From Pavona decussata (taxonomy: Eukaryota), in assembly GCA_977016875.1 (NCBI GenBank), contig CDRNST010000006.1:4402001-4466000 (forward strand): 64,000 nucleotides of DNA. Direction: 5' to 3'. Positions within the stretch are counted from its first letter, which is position 1, and every line of letters begins with the position of its first letter. The notes below the pieces were generated by a model. The model had not been told where the DNA came from, made no database searches, and saw only the letters and a list, made by a program, of their open reading frames with translations. The translations under genes were made by a program, and so were the position numbers. This document shows, in pieces, positions 13,125 to 24,290 of this stretch.

Positions 13125-13440
13125 AAAAAATCTCTCCGCTTCTAGGATTTCAAAAGGGTCTGTTGTAATAACTCCACTGAGACGAAGTTTCCGTGTGAGT
13201 TTCCTAGTATGATTTCTTTTTTCTAAATTTAAAAACTATTTTGAATTTTTCCCCATATTTATGCTACCTTGCTCGTGATCTGACAATTATATCTTTCACT
13301 TTTTTCTCATACAGTTGTTCCATTTTTTTCTTTTAAAACATTTCAAGCTAATAAGTTCTCTTGAGTACGACTATCTTGATAAGCCGAAGTGGCCTCCTGT
13401 AATTGATTGTTTAGCTGTTGTTCCTCTATTTTTTGTTGTT
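13125..13440 (-). mobile_element. L1/Tx1-clade LINE ORF2 fragment
   Basis: EQLYEKKVKDIIVRSRAR*HKYGEK..FLNLEKRNHTRK, the conserved EN-RT linker (RSRARW..GEK..YF..LEK). Confidence 0.7.
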
Positions 13441-13479
13441 AACACTTATTCATTGAATAAGATCTGGAGCATTTGTGCC

Positions 13480-14370
13480 AACAATAAATGGATTGGATCC
13501 CAGGTCTCCAAGATTTAACGCGACAAAATTGGCGATTCTGGGGCTTGCCCACAACAAGAACACTTCAGTAAACAATTTTAACGGTGCCTGATATCGTTTG
13601 CCATTTTTCTCAAGATGGAAGTTCTTAGATACCGTCTCTAACAACACTTTTAGAGTGTTCCTGTCCTCAGGAAGTCTTGCGCTACTGACGTGCTGCCTTA
13701 CGTTGTTTATCGCAGCCTTGTCCGATAACAGTAGCTCTGTGTTACATGTATGACAAACAACCCACTTCTTTCTGGATAAAAACTGCCATAGGAACTACTC
13801 ATCGATTTCCCTTTGGAGGGTTTCGATAGATAGAGAAATTTCGCTCTCTCTGGAGTGAGTGATTTCCAAGTTGGTCTTGTGCTTTTGGGTGGCCATATGC
13901 TGTCTGATACAGAAGAGGCCTTGGTGATCTTCACCCGTAGCCAATAACTCTGGAATGTTTTTATAGATTTGTCAAAAGATTGGTTGCTAATTTAAGAGGC
14001 AATGTCTGAGAAAGGCTGGCAAAATCTGAAAAAGCTGAAAGATGGGGGTCGGCCAAATTATTCCATACTAACATCATAGATATATGTAGGTGAGGTGGAC
14101 TTATGGATAAATCACACTGAATTGGTGAACGAATCACGCACAAAATAGAGGCAGCAGAACCACTCAATAGTGTGAAGAAATAACTTCATCTGATTTTTCT
14201 TAAGCGCGCGGCTTTTGATGTACATTTCCACCATCAAGAAATCAGAGATGCTTTCACCTAAATAACCTCTTACACTTCTTTCGAGATATCCAACTCCCAC
14301 ATTCTTCATAAAAAAAAATAGCAATGCCTATATAAGAGAGTTTCTTTAGTAACTTCGAAAGAAGTACCAT
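13480..14370 (-). pseudogene. N-terminal remnant of a P-element-like transposase with U1-type Zn fingers
   Basis: Contains QHMATQKH and CHTC..NVRQHVSSAR fingers. These are followed by KNGKRYQ..KLF.EV.LLW.SPRIANFVALNL(G)GPGIQSIY, which resembles the 19680/24630 segment. Many stops. Confidence 0.4.
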
Positions 14371-14520
14371 TTTTCGACACTGGCACTACAAAACACTAGA
14401 AAAACAAATCTCTGTACAATGTATAAGCAAACTGATTACAGTTATTACCCACTAAATTGAATCTCCTTGGTTAATCTCTCTACTTGACACACTCCCCTCT
14501 GAATCACCTTACTTGCAGTG

Positions 14521-15130
14521 ACATAGGTTGGTTGGTTGGTTGGAGGCTCCTTCATAGGCGAGACATTTCTTGCAATTAATGTGACTGCGTTATGCAGTTA
14601 AGCCCTAATGTGTTGCATATGATGGACTGTGTGACTGCGTGATGCAGTTCGTAAGTCCAACCCACAAAAATGACCCTTGCTCGCCAACGGGTCCTCAGTA
14701 GCTCAGAGGTTAGAGCATCCGATCTAGAACATGGAGGGTTGTGGGTTCAAATCCCATCTGGGGCTCAGATGTTTTTCTGTGTCCTCTTATGGTTGATTCT
14801 TTACATCTCCCGATATTTTCCTTTATAATATCATGCAGGGACATAGGTTGGTTGATTGGAGGCTCCTTCATAGGCGAGACATTTCTTGCAATTAATGTGA
14901 CTGCGTGATGCAGTTAAGCCTTAATGTGTTGCTTATGATGGACTGCGTGACTGCATGATGCGGTTCGTAAGTCCAACCCACAAAAATGACCCTTGCTCGC
15001 CAAGGAGTCCTCAGTAGCTCAGAGGTTAGAGGATCCGATCTAGAACACGGAGGGTCATGGGTTGGAATCCCATCTGGGGCTCAGATTTTTTTGTGTCCTT
15101 TTATGGTCAATTCTTTACATCTCCCTGTAT
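14521..15130 (+). repeat. Tandem dimer (320-bp period) of a tRNA-derived (SINE-like) unit
   Basis: Units start with ACATAGGTTGGTTG at 14521 and 14841. Each contains a cloverleaf-like segment (about 14691-14765 and 15007-15082) with A box TAGCTCAGAGG and B box GGTTCAAATCC/GGTTGGAATCC. Confidence 0.8.
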
Positions 15131-15403
15131 AATCCCTTAATTAAAAGCTGACAAATGTGCTTGTGTTAATAAGTAGACTGTTGTGAAAGTGAAGAATTCT
15201 GACCCTAATAAACACCGTGGTGAAGAGCTGGGTTGGAGACGAAAGATGAAGAACATTTCAATCCTCTCCCATTGAAATATAAGTGGAGAAAATGCAACCA
15301 TTTTCGGGGAAAACCGTTGCAGCTACTAGGTATTTGTTATTGGCTATGCGTTGGGTGAAAATGTAGAAATATTGACTAATTTTATCTCTTTTTTTAACAT
15401 AAA

Positions 15404-15424
15404 ATTATTATTATTATTATTATC

Positions 15425-15475
<51 letters not shown>
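15404..15475. repeat. (ATT)n microsatellite
   Basis: Directly visible. Confidence 0.95.
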
Positions 15476-16029
15476 CTTTTTTGACAAAAGCAAGACAGGG
15501 GGAGCCAAAAACCACTAACAGGAACTTATTATCCCTTTTCTACCCGTGGAAGGGGTGACCATTGATAATGACCATATTCCATGACTTTTTTTATTAGGAA
15601 ATAATAGGATGTATTTAATTTTAGTCACTCTGCTTGACATCTTACAATGTGTAAATAAACAATGTTTTGGCAGGCTGCTGTACCCATAGCCACCCTACAC
15701 AAACCATCGTTTGGTAAGCAAATACAGGGGGTTTGGAAGCACTGTCTACCCTACCCCATCTTGTCCTGCCCTTAGAGTCCGACAAACATTGTGGCGAAAT
15801 CAGATTAATTGCGGTCTCTGCTTTGATACCTTGATAAATATAATAGGAGACGGGAAGGAGGAGCTGCTGGACCGTCAAGAACGCTAATGAGAATAAGAAA
15901 GCCCTCGTGTTTACGTAGAACCTGCAACGCCCAAAACTATAACTCTAACGTTATCATCACAAAATTGCTCCGGATCGAATAAATAAAGGAGTTTCAATCG
16001 TCCACAGGAACAGTAATCTTACTTTTAAT

Positions 16030-17345
16030 TCACCTCTGGCAAAATTTATGCTATTCAGAGGATGCTTGTTTGTCTTCAGCCCAATCTTGAACGATGTTAA
16101 GTTTGCACATTGCTTTACATGATGCAGAAGAAGATTCCATCCTAAGACGGCTCTGTGTTTAAAAGAAGACCTGCCAATTTCAGATCTTGGTCTTGGCACT
16201 TCTAAATTTAAAGAATTTCTTAAGCTGTAATTTGTTTTTGCCTTAGAAATTAAAATATTTAGATCCTCTGTATTTAGACTATGATATGATTGATAGGTCA
16301 AAACCAGCAGTTTCTTAATGTAATACAAAGAAAGGGGATTCCATTGCCTCAATTTCCTGATCTCATCAGCTGGAGTGGACATAGGTAGCTTGCAGACAAT
16401 CCTAATTGCTCTCATATGAATACGTTCAAGTGATGGGGAGACAGAGCCCCAAACAACAATAGCCGTATTCACATTAGAGGACGGGAAACTCGACAGACAG
16501 GTAACCCGTCTGACAAGTTTCCCTTCGGTAAGTCAGATAACTTTTTCATCGGGAATTCACACAAAGACAGGAAACTCGTCCGACGGGTTCTTAGTGTGAA
16601 TTCGCGATGAAAAAGTTATCTGACTTACCGCGTGAATTCACATTAGGACGAGTTTTTAGGACGGGTTGAGATGCCGAGGTACTGGTGCGAGATGTCTGTG
16701 GTTACCTGTAGCCAGCAGAAAACAGAACGCATCTGGCTATTTCTAGTATTTCCAAAGTATGCAGGCCTGTATTTCAAACTGTCTCTTGCGCTCAAAGAAA
16801 CGAAGCAATAATTTCTAATTTAAAAGTTCACTGGCGTCGAAGTATATCTTTCTTGAAAACCAAAACTTGAGGGCCATTGTTTCCAGAACGAGAGCAGAAG
16901 GCTTATCTCGTCTTTCAGTTGATGACAAGACAGCGGCAAAGATGTTTGTCTGTTTGTCAGTCCAGGGTTTGTTTTTCTGCATTTTAGAACGCTTCACCTT
17001 CTTCTTCGGCGCCATTTTGTTTTCCCAAAGTGCTCTGCTTTCGTTCTAGTTCCAGTCTAATCGGTGCATTTTCTCCTAAAACTCGACCTGGAAACCCATC
17101 TAAGTGTGAATTCGTGATGCATTTTGACGAGTTTCTCTTCTAGTCAGGAAACTCGTCATTAAAAACTTGTCGACTCAGACGGATAAGTGGACGGGAAAAT
17201 TTGGACGAGTTTCTCATCTAAAACCCGTCCCGACCTGATTTCACACTAAGACGGGAAACTCGTCTCAGACGAGAAACCCATCCAAGACGGGTTACTCGTC
17301 TCTAGTGTGAATTCGGCCAAAATTATATACAACACTAGGAATAAT
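16030..17345 (-). mobile_element. CR1/L2-clade LINE 3' fragment interrupted by a MITE
   Basis: IIPSVVYN (17320-17345) | MITE | IVVWGS..LERIHMRAIRIV..YSLRNS..PRPRSEIGRSSFKHRAVLGWNLL..SFK. Confidence 0.8.
16461..17318. mobile_element. Harbinger-derived MITE / internal deletion derivative
   Basis: TIRs AGCCGTATTCACATTAGAGGACG and (reverse complement) GGCCGAATTCACACTAGAGACG, with 3-bp flanks AAT/AAA. Many GACGGGAAACTCGTC-type subterminal repeats. An internal minus-strand Myb/SANT-like start reads MAPKKK..WTDKQTNIFAAVL. Confidence 0.75.
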
Positions 17346-17597
17346 TGAATTGAAAAAAAATAGATTCCAAGGTGGACTGAGGCAGGAATTTAATTCGTTA
17401 GAGAACAGCCAATTTCTTGTCATTGCGTCCGGTCGTGAATTTCACTGCTCTCGCTTTTTGTTGCCTCTAGCCACATACCTCCTGCTTTTTCGAGTAGAAA
17501 ACGACTTTTCCTGGTTCCTAAAGGCTCCACCATTTCATCATGCAAAGTTTGATCCTTTCACTGATGCAATTTCAGCAGATTACAAGCAATCCTTGCC

Positions 17598-18315
17598 GTG
17601 GATACAAGTCTGCCATTTTGTCACAGCGACATGTGGAACATGTTTCCTACAAGGATTCACTACTATGCAGATTTTGATAGCTGTTTTCAGCAGACTCGTC
17701 TCCTTGTTAGTGGTGATGTTTCCGCTAATCCTGGTCCTGTCACGAATGCTTCCAAATGTTCCATTTGCTCCAAGACTATTGCGGGGAATCACCGAGCTGT
17801 AACTTGTGACCAGTTCCATAAGTGGTGCCACATTAAGTGTGGTCAAGTCAAGCCGAGGGATTTTAAAGTTCTTCAAAACACGGTTTCCTTTGACTCTGTC
17901 TGTCCTCCCTGTCTTCAGATGGCACAAACTCTCACCGATTCTCACCCCCGTATTCCCGCTACCAACGAAACTACAGGCATTGATATCCAGCAGCTTGTAG
18001 ATCCATTGAGTTCTGTTCGACAATTGGTGTATGTATAGACCTCCAAGTGATTGTTCTTTCTTTGATGTTTTTAGAAATCAAATCACAGAGATTTGGATGA
18101 AAAGGAAAAATATTATCTTGGTGGGCGACTTTAACTGTGACATGTCTTCCAGCTTAGATTCAAATGGATCCCATTTTGGGAAACGTTTCAAAAGGATTTT
18201 GTGCAGGTATGGCCTGAAGAACATCATCAACAGCCCTACATGCATAACATTTGATTCAAAGTCTCTTATTGATCTCATAGTAACAAGCCAGCCAGCGAAA
18301 ATTCAATCATCAGGT
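17598..18315 (+). mobile_element. CR1/L2-clade LINE 5' fragment: 2A-like motif + PHD finger + partial APE endonuclease
   Basis: LLVSGDVSANPGP; CSIC..CDQF..WCHIKC..CPPC (PHD); YRPP..ILVGDFNCD..IINSPT.IT..SLIDLI. Confidence 0.85.
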
Positions 18316-19290
18316 TACATTAGGCTCCCGTGTAATTCCAATCTCAACACAGGGATTCCTTTGGTGCCTTGTTTCCACGTGGTAGCAAAGGCTGCTAATT
18401 TGCCGTTGTGAACCTGTTGGGCGGGGCTGGGTGCGCATATCCTAATGGCTGAAGAAAGTTTGCCCTCTTTCTCGAATGGCTTCACTGCTGGTCCACGAAA
18501 GCCTTCCCTGCTTGACAGCTGTGGCAGTGGCATGGTGGAAACTGCATACGCTGGGCCAGATGTAAGTTGCAGCGTGCTACATAAGAAGCTGAAGGTGCAT
18601 CAGCAGAGCTTGCTTACAAGTAGACGATTGTTCTTTATAAAACTCTAAGTAGCCATATATAAAATCGGGAATATCTAAAGACTCATAGGTAAGCGTTCTT
18701 TTAGACGAAAAAACGTAGTTATGTGACTGGGTTGCTCCGGGTTTCATCTTATCCCGCAACTGTGTTAGGGTAGGGATAGCCGTAGTCACAGAGCTCTGCG
18801 CCTGTGTTGAGGTGATGGCATTTTCAAGTAGACATGGACTCGGAACATGCATAGCATCGGTTAAAGGTTCCATTGATAGGCGTTCCTTCAACCGGGCTAG
18901 GTCAAGCTCTGCTTTTGTAATCTCAAGTTGGAGTTTCAGATTTTGGTTTGTGAGCTTCTCGAGCTCAAGACTGGCAGTGAGAGATGATTTTGGAGGAGCG
19001 TCAGAGGTGGGCTTTACCATAGATTCTCCAGCAGATTTGGAAGATGTTCGTTTTCCCTTGGGTTTCTTGGTGCAAGCGCCGTTTTTTTCATAGCCATCCA
19101 GAATCTTTGATGTTTCCATCATCTGTGTCAAATTGTCTAAATCGTACAGGAATTTGTCTTTGTCGACTCCGTGGGCCATAAGGGAGGTTACCGACTGAGG
19201 TGGAGAAGTTTGCAATGGATACTCTCGGATATAGGATTGCGTGATATCGAGCGCGAGTGGCAGAAGGCTTGTACTCGCTTACAAGGACTA
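18316..19290 (-). mobile_element. gag-like ORF1 remnant of a DIRS/Ngaro-type retrotransposon
   Basis: 212-aa ORF with a low-complexity/coiled-coil N-terminus and YESLDIPDFIYGYLEF..LMHLQLLM. It continues by frameshift into (R)AATYIWPSV..FH and a Cys/His-rich end. Confidence 0.5.
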
Positions 19291-19959
19291 TAAAAAATGA
19301 ATTGATGACTGACTACAAATGCCACCGTTCTTATCGTACAGTCAGACAAGAGAATTCCTACGACTTAAGTTACCGGTTACATAGTAATTAATACTTTTAA
19401 TGCCAAGCACTAGAACACTCATTGAAAATCTTGTCTTTGCAAATGAAGAAATGGAGCATCATTCACTTACATCGCACAAACTGTTGCAAAAAATGACAAC
19501 ACAAATGTGTCAATACTTTGCTACTAAAGAAGTCGTGCTCAAGCAAATGGACGAGGTTGTGGTTGCTCATCCAACACTTAGCAAATTCGTGGAAATGCTG
19601 TCAAATCCCGATAAAGGCAACAACAACGAGTTTCTAACTGTTGTGTCAGATCTTATTACCAATAATGGTAAAATAACAGGAAAGTAATGGTCTGACAGCA
19701 GCAAGTCACTTTTTCGCTAAGGCCCGGGTTAAACGCCGTACTTCACTTGAGCCGAACCTAATTACACTTTAGGTCGACCCAAATTAGTTAAGTTCGCCTG
19801 TTGAGTCAAACGTCGAACTTAATTCAGCCAAACTTAACTGACCTCGAAAATAAATAGCAAAACCGGTCTTGTGAAGAAAAATTGAAAAATGGCGCGTAAA
19901 GTTCCCTCCCGAAAACAACTCCTTCTCCTGAAAATGATCCAAAATTATCGAAGACAATG

Positions 19960-21186
19960 ATCTGCAATGCAAAAATTAATTGTGCTTTTAAGGAGAAGAC
20001 GACAGTTGTTGATTCGTCTCACCTTTGTGGCGCTCATTCTAACATTTTCTGGCAATAATACGACCATAACTCGCTATCGTACCTGTCGACGTTTGCAGCG
20101 AAACACCTGATTGATCGAGCAAGTTTTAAATACGTTCTCAGAAGCTCGGCTTAGGAGGACTTTTCGGATTACAAGAGCAACATTTTGGTACATCCTGAGC
20201 AAAATTCAGATAAGGCTCGATGGACAGACGTTAACGGAGGACCCGATCTCACTGGTGTGCTGGTTAGCCATATGTCTCTATCGACTTGCGAGAGGTGATT
20301 ACTTTTACACGGTATCAGAGCTGTTTGGTTTTGGTCGTTCAACGGTAAGCATTATTGTGAATGAAGTCACTCAGGCGATCATTGAGACACTGTGAGATGA
20401 ACGTGTATTAAAATATTTCCCAAGAGGCAAGAAGCAATTTGAAGAAAAGGTGTTGGATATGGAAGAGCTATGGCAGTTCCCTTGCAGCTGGGCTGCAGTA
20501 GATGGCTCCCACGTACCCCTGAAATGCCCAGATGGTGGTTTGGCAGCGTGTAAAGAGTACCACAACTTTAAGAATTTTTATTCAGTAGTTCTGATGGGTC
20601 TTGTGGATGCGAAACATCGATTTATATGGGGGAGTTGTGGTTTTCCAGGAAACTCGCATGATTCTATTATTTTTCATTCTACTCAACTGTGGGCAGACTT
20701 AACAGAACAAAAAACAATCCCACCAATTGCAAAAGACCCATTCATATTGGGTGACTCTGCATTCCAATTCCAGGCATGGTTGATGAAACCTTTCACTAAT
20801 GCTGTGCTAACCCCGCAACAGCATTATTTTAATTACAGGCTCAGCAGAGCGAGAATGGTAACGGAGGATGCATACGGACGATTAAAGAGAAGATGGAGAG
20901 TTCTAATGAGGAAGTGTGAAAGCCCCCCGAAACTGTTCGCATGACGACCCTGGCATGCATTGTCTTACGTAATATCTGCATTGAGCGAGGTGACACGATT
21001 TCAAAAAAGCTGGATTTGAGTATTTATCCAGCAACAAATGGTAGAAGAAATCGAGATGTGATCCGCAGACAACTTGTCATGACAAACTGTCAAAGAGTTC
21101 GTGACAACACTTGCCAAGCTGCTTGTATTCGAAATCCTCTTTCCCAAATGTTTTGGGAGGAAAAGCAAGACTTGGGAGTATTGTAG
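19960..21186 (+). pseudogene. HARBI1-like DDE_Tnp_4 transposase (stop codons + frameshift)
   Basis: FRITRATF..LAICLYRLARGD; AVDGSHVP..YHNFKNFYSVVLMGLVDA..GNSHDS..ILGDSAF..LMKPF..FNYRLSRARMVTEDAYGRLKRRW. Confidence 0.92.
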
Positions 21187-21407
21187 ATAGACATTAAAAG
21201 AAAATGTGCCTCAGTTTTTTAAGTTTAAAAATAAGCTGTAACGTATTAGGACAGTTCACACTACCACCTCCAAAACTGGCACAAAAATTGTTGTGGTGAG
21301 GTGTCAGACATCAAGTAAAACTTCTCATTTAATTTTAATCTATTAGTAATAAGTTGGTGGATAGAATTTGCGTGGTTCTAACGACCAGAGACCGTTGTGT
21401 TAACATA

Positions 21408-21530
21408 AATAATAATAATAATTATTATCATTCTTATTATCATTATTGCTATTATTATAGTAATTATGATTATTATTTTTTTGTTATTGTAATTATTATT
21501 ATTATTATTATTATTACTATTGTTATTATT
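21408..21530. repeat. Degenerate (AAT)/(ATT)n microsatellite
   Basis: Directly visible. Confidence 0.85.
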
Positions 21531-22075
21531 GTTTAACTCTCCTTACAACTACCAAAGAAAATATGCAGGAGGCTGAAAGGATAACTTGCGTGTTGATATT
21601 TATTAATAAACATTGCGACTGGCAGATTATTAAATCTGAGGACTCATCAGGGGCTACGAACATACAAGAGGCAGCAATTGCTTCAGAGGCCAGTTTTTTT
21701 AATTCCACGTTTTAAATTCCACATTCCAATGATGATAGTTGAGTAAGTGTTGTAATCACAAACAATAAACTATGGACTTTGACATAAAGATCAAAAAGAA
21801 CAATGTTTTCTTTTAATTGTAAATAGACTATCTTTCTCAGTAAAATTAAACAAAGAACTACAACAATTGCCTTTGAACCTGCTTAAAGCATCAACTTTGC
21901 TCACCAAGAGTTATAACAAATCTGTAACAAAGATCATTAGAAAATATCAACAGTTTTGTTTAAAAGTTAAGAATTTTTTTGTGTTAAACAACACCAACAA
22001 ATGCCCCTTGAAACTCGTGTTTGAGGAAAAACCTGCTCACCAGGAGTGATAGCAATTTATAACAATAAACACTGT

Positions 22076-24290
22076 TCAAAGTGGGAGATACACAGAACCG
22101 TCACTGATGAAACTGTCTGTCGAGGGAGAGGACCCTCTTGCCTGAGATTGTGTGGCCGATGATTGTTGTGATACAGTTGAGGGAGAAACTGGATGACACT
22201 GGTGTCCTTGTAGGCTAGGGAACTCTTCAGGAAAATACCGAGGATACATGGTTGTAGCATAAGGACTTCCCAGCAACGTAGAGGGAGCCCCCATAAACAC
22301 TTGCATCAGTCTTAACTCATGCTGGCGAGATCTTTCCATGTCCTCTCTCATCATTGCTATGAGATCACGCGTCGGATCGTTTTCAATCATCCCTCTCATG
22401 AGCTGAAAAGCTTCAGAGAGGGTACAGTTACCATCTGTCTGTTTCCGTTTCCTATTCTTTCTCACGGGGACAAACTTTTGTTCTGTCTCTCCACTAGTAG
22501 GTCCCTCAGTGTCAACATCTAATACTTCTGACTCATCATCTGACCCTTTATCAGTTGATGATGCAGAAGGCTCTACTGCTTTATCTGGATTGCAGGAGTC
22601 CCTTGTCTTTACCAGTGAATATAAATTATTAAATGTCTCACCATAACCTCGATCCGTAATAAAGTTTGATTCCAGAGGCAGTTTTTACAGTCAGTGCAAC
22701 TTTCTTGCACTCTTCCAGTAGCTTCTTAAACTTAGATCGAAGCTGACTTACAGAAAAATTGAATTCTTCATTTCTCTCAGCGCATCTTGCCTTCAACTTT
22801 TTTAGAATTTGTTCATAGATTGAACTATTGCGCTGAAATTTTGTATTTTGAAAAATCAACTTCTCCTTGAAATTCTCATTGTTAATGACTATATCAATGA
22901 AATCATCCAGCTGGTCCACTGTCCACTGTGATCCTCGTCCAGTTTTGGACTTTACAGATTTTGAATCGGCAGAGACAGCATCTGATTCCTCTTCACTTGA
23001 CTCTTCTGCATCAGAGTTCCTTGGCGTGGCACTGATAAGGAATAAGCTACTTATCTTAGGCAAAGATTCAAAACAACTCAAAGTTAAAAATACCTTTTTA
23101 TATACCTGAGGTAATTTTTTCATAGATCTTATTCCAAATGGCAACCATTTTAATGTTCTTTTGTTCATATTGAAATGGTTGATCTGCTTGATATATTTTG
23201 AAAGGCTCTTTTTAATACCTACCTGCGAATGACAGTTTTCACTATCCTTTCATATACCTCTAGCCTGAACAAGGTACCCCTTCAGGTGTAACCTCCCTGT
23301 ACAGTCTACAATATAGGGAGTATGTGTACTTCCACCCCTCAGGATTTCACAAGGACTATTAAATTGTACCTTCAAGGTTTCTTCAGAAATAGGGTAGATT
23401 GTTTGGCCACAAACAACAAATGATCCTGTAGTTATCAAAAGAGCCGAAATTCCTGGGACCAGTACAGTCTTAGATGGTAAAACTTTCTGTCATGAATGAA
23501 GCATTTATAGCCGTAAATAAAAAACTAGTCATGTCTACCAACGAAAACACCATTGTGGAAAAAACCTCTTGCCAGTATTTGACATTTTGAGAGGAAAAAA
23601 TGACGAGGTGCAGCGAATGGTGTCATAAATAAACACCCAAAAGAATCCCTCCCACTTGAAGTGAAAGCTTAAAAAAAAAAAAACACTCAGAAAAAATTAC
23701 TGTTCATATATCTTACTATAACAAATGTTACCGTGAATCTTTTCATTTTGGGAATACACAAAAAAATTGATGGTAAAATGAATCTACCAAAAACAAAATC
23801 CCAGCCAAACGTTTCGACCCAAAACATCCCGAAATCGTAAATTTCAAACCCAAAAGAATCATTCGCACCTCCCCGCCACTTTTAACCAGGTTCCCCTCCC
23901 GTCCCCCTCCTGGAGAAAAAAATAATGGCATTGTTCGTATGCAAATGATAGTCCATAACTTTTGATAACCATAACTTGTATTGACATCTTTGACAGCAAA
24001 CTTGACTAGTTAGTTTCTGATAACTACAAAGGCGAAACAATTACGTACATATGAGGGGAAACAGATCTTCCTTGTGTGGGGTATGGTTTTGGTTTCCCGC
24101 CATTGCTTCCTCCAATGTCCTTCGAACAAGGTTCACAGTAAGCAACGCTCTTTCCAGGTTTCCAGCCAGGTGTCTCTTCTTTTCGGCAATGGAACACTTG
24201 TTGCACAAAGGGTATTTGAAGTGTAGGCAACAATACTTTGTCGTTGCCAAACAGGACATACAACTTGAGTCTTCATCGTCTGGAAAGCAT
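22076..24290 (-). pseudogene. Harbinger accessory Myb/SANT-like (trihelix) DNA-binding protein, multi-exon
   Basis: WTVDQLDDFIDIV..YEQILKKL..FSVSQLRSKFKKL at 22640-23030. Acidic and low-complexity C-terminus at 22076-22630. Cys-rich putative first exon at about 24040-24290. Confidence 0.75.

Noticed and set aside
14691-14765. Functional amber-suppressor or Leu tRNA gene
   Set aside because: The anticodon arm is irregular, the second copy has broken D and T arms, and both sit in a repeated 320-bp unit. SINE-like.
20111-21186. Domesticated host HARBI1 gene
   Set aside because: It has stops and a frameshift and lies within TIRs with a TWA target site.
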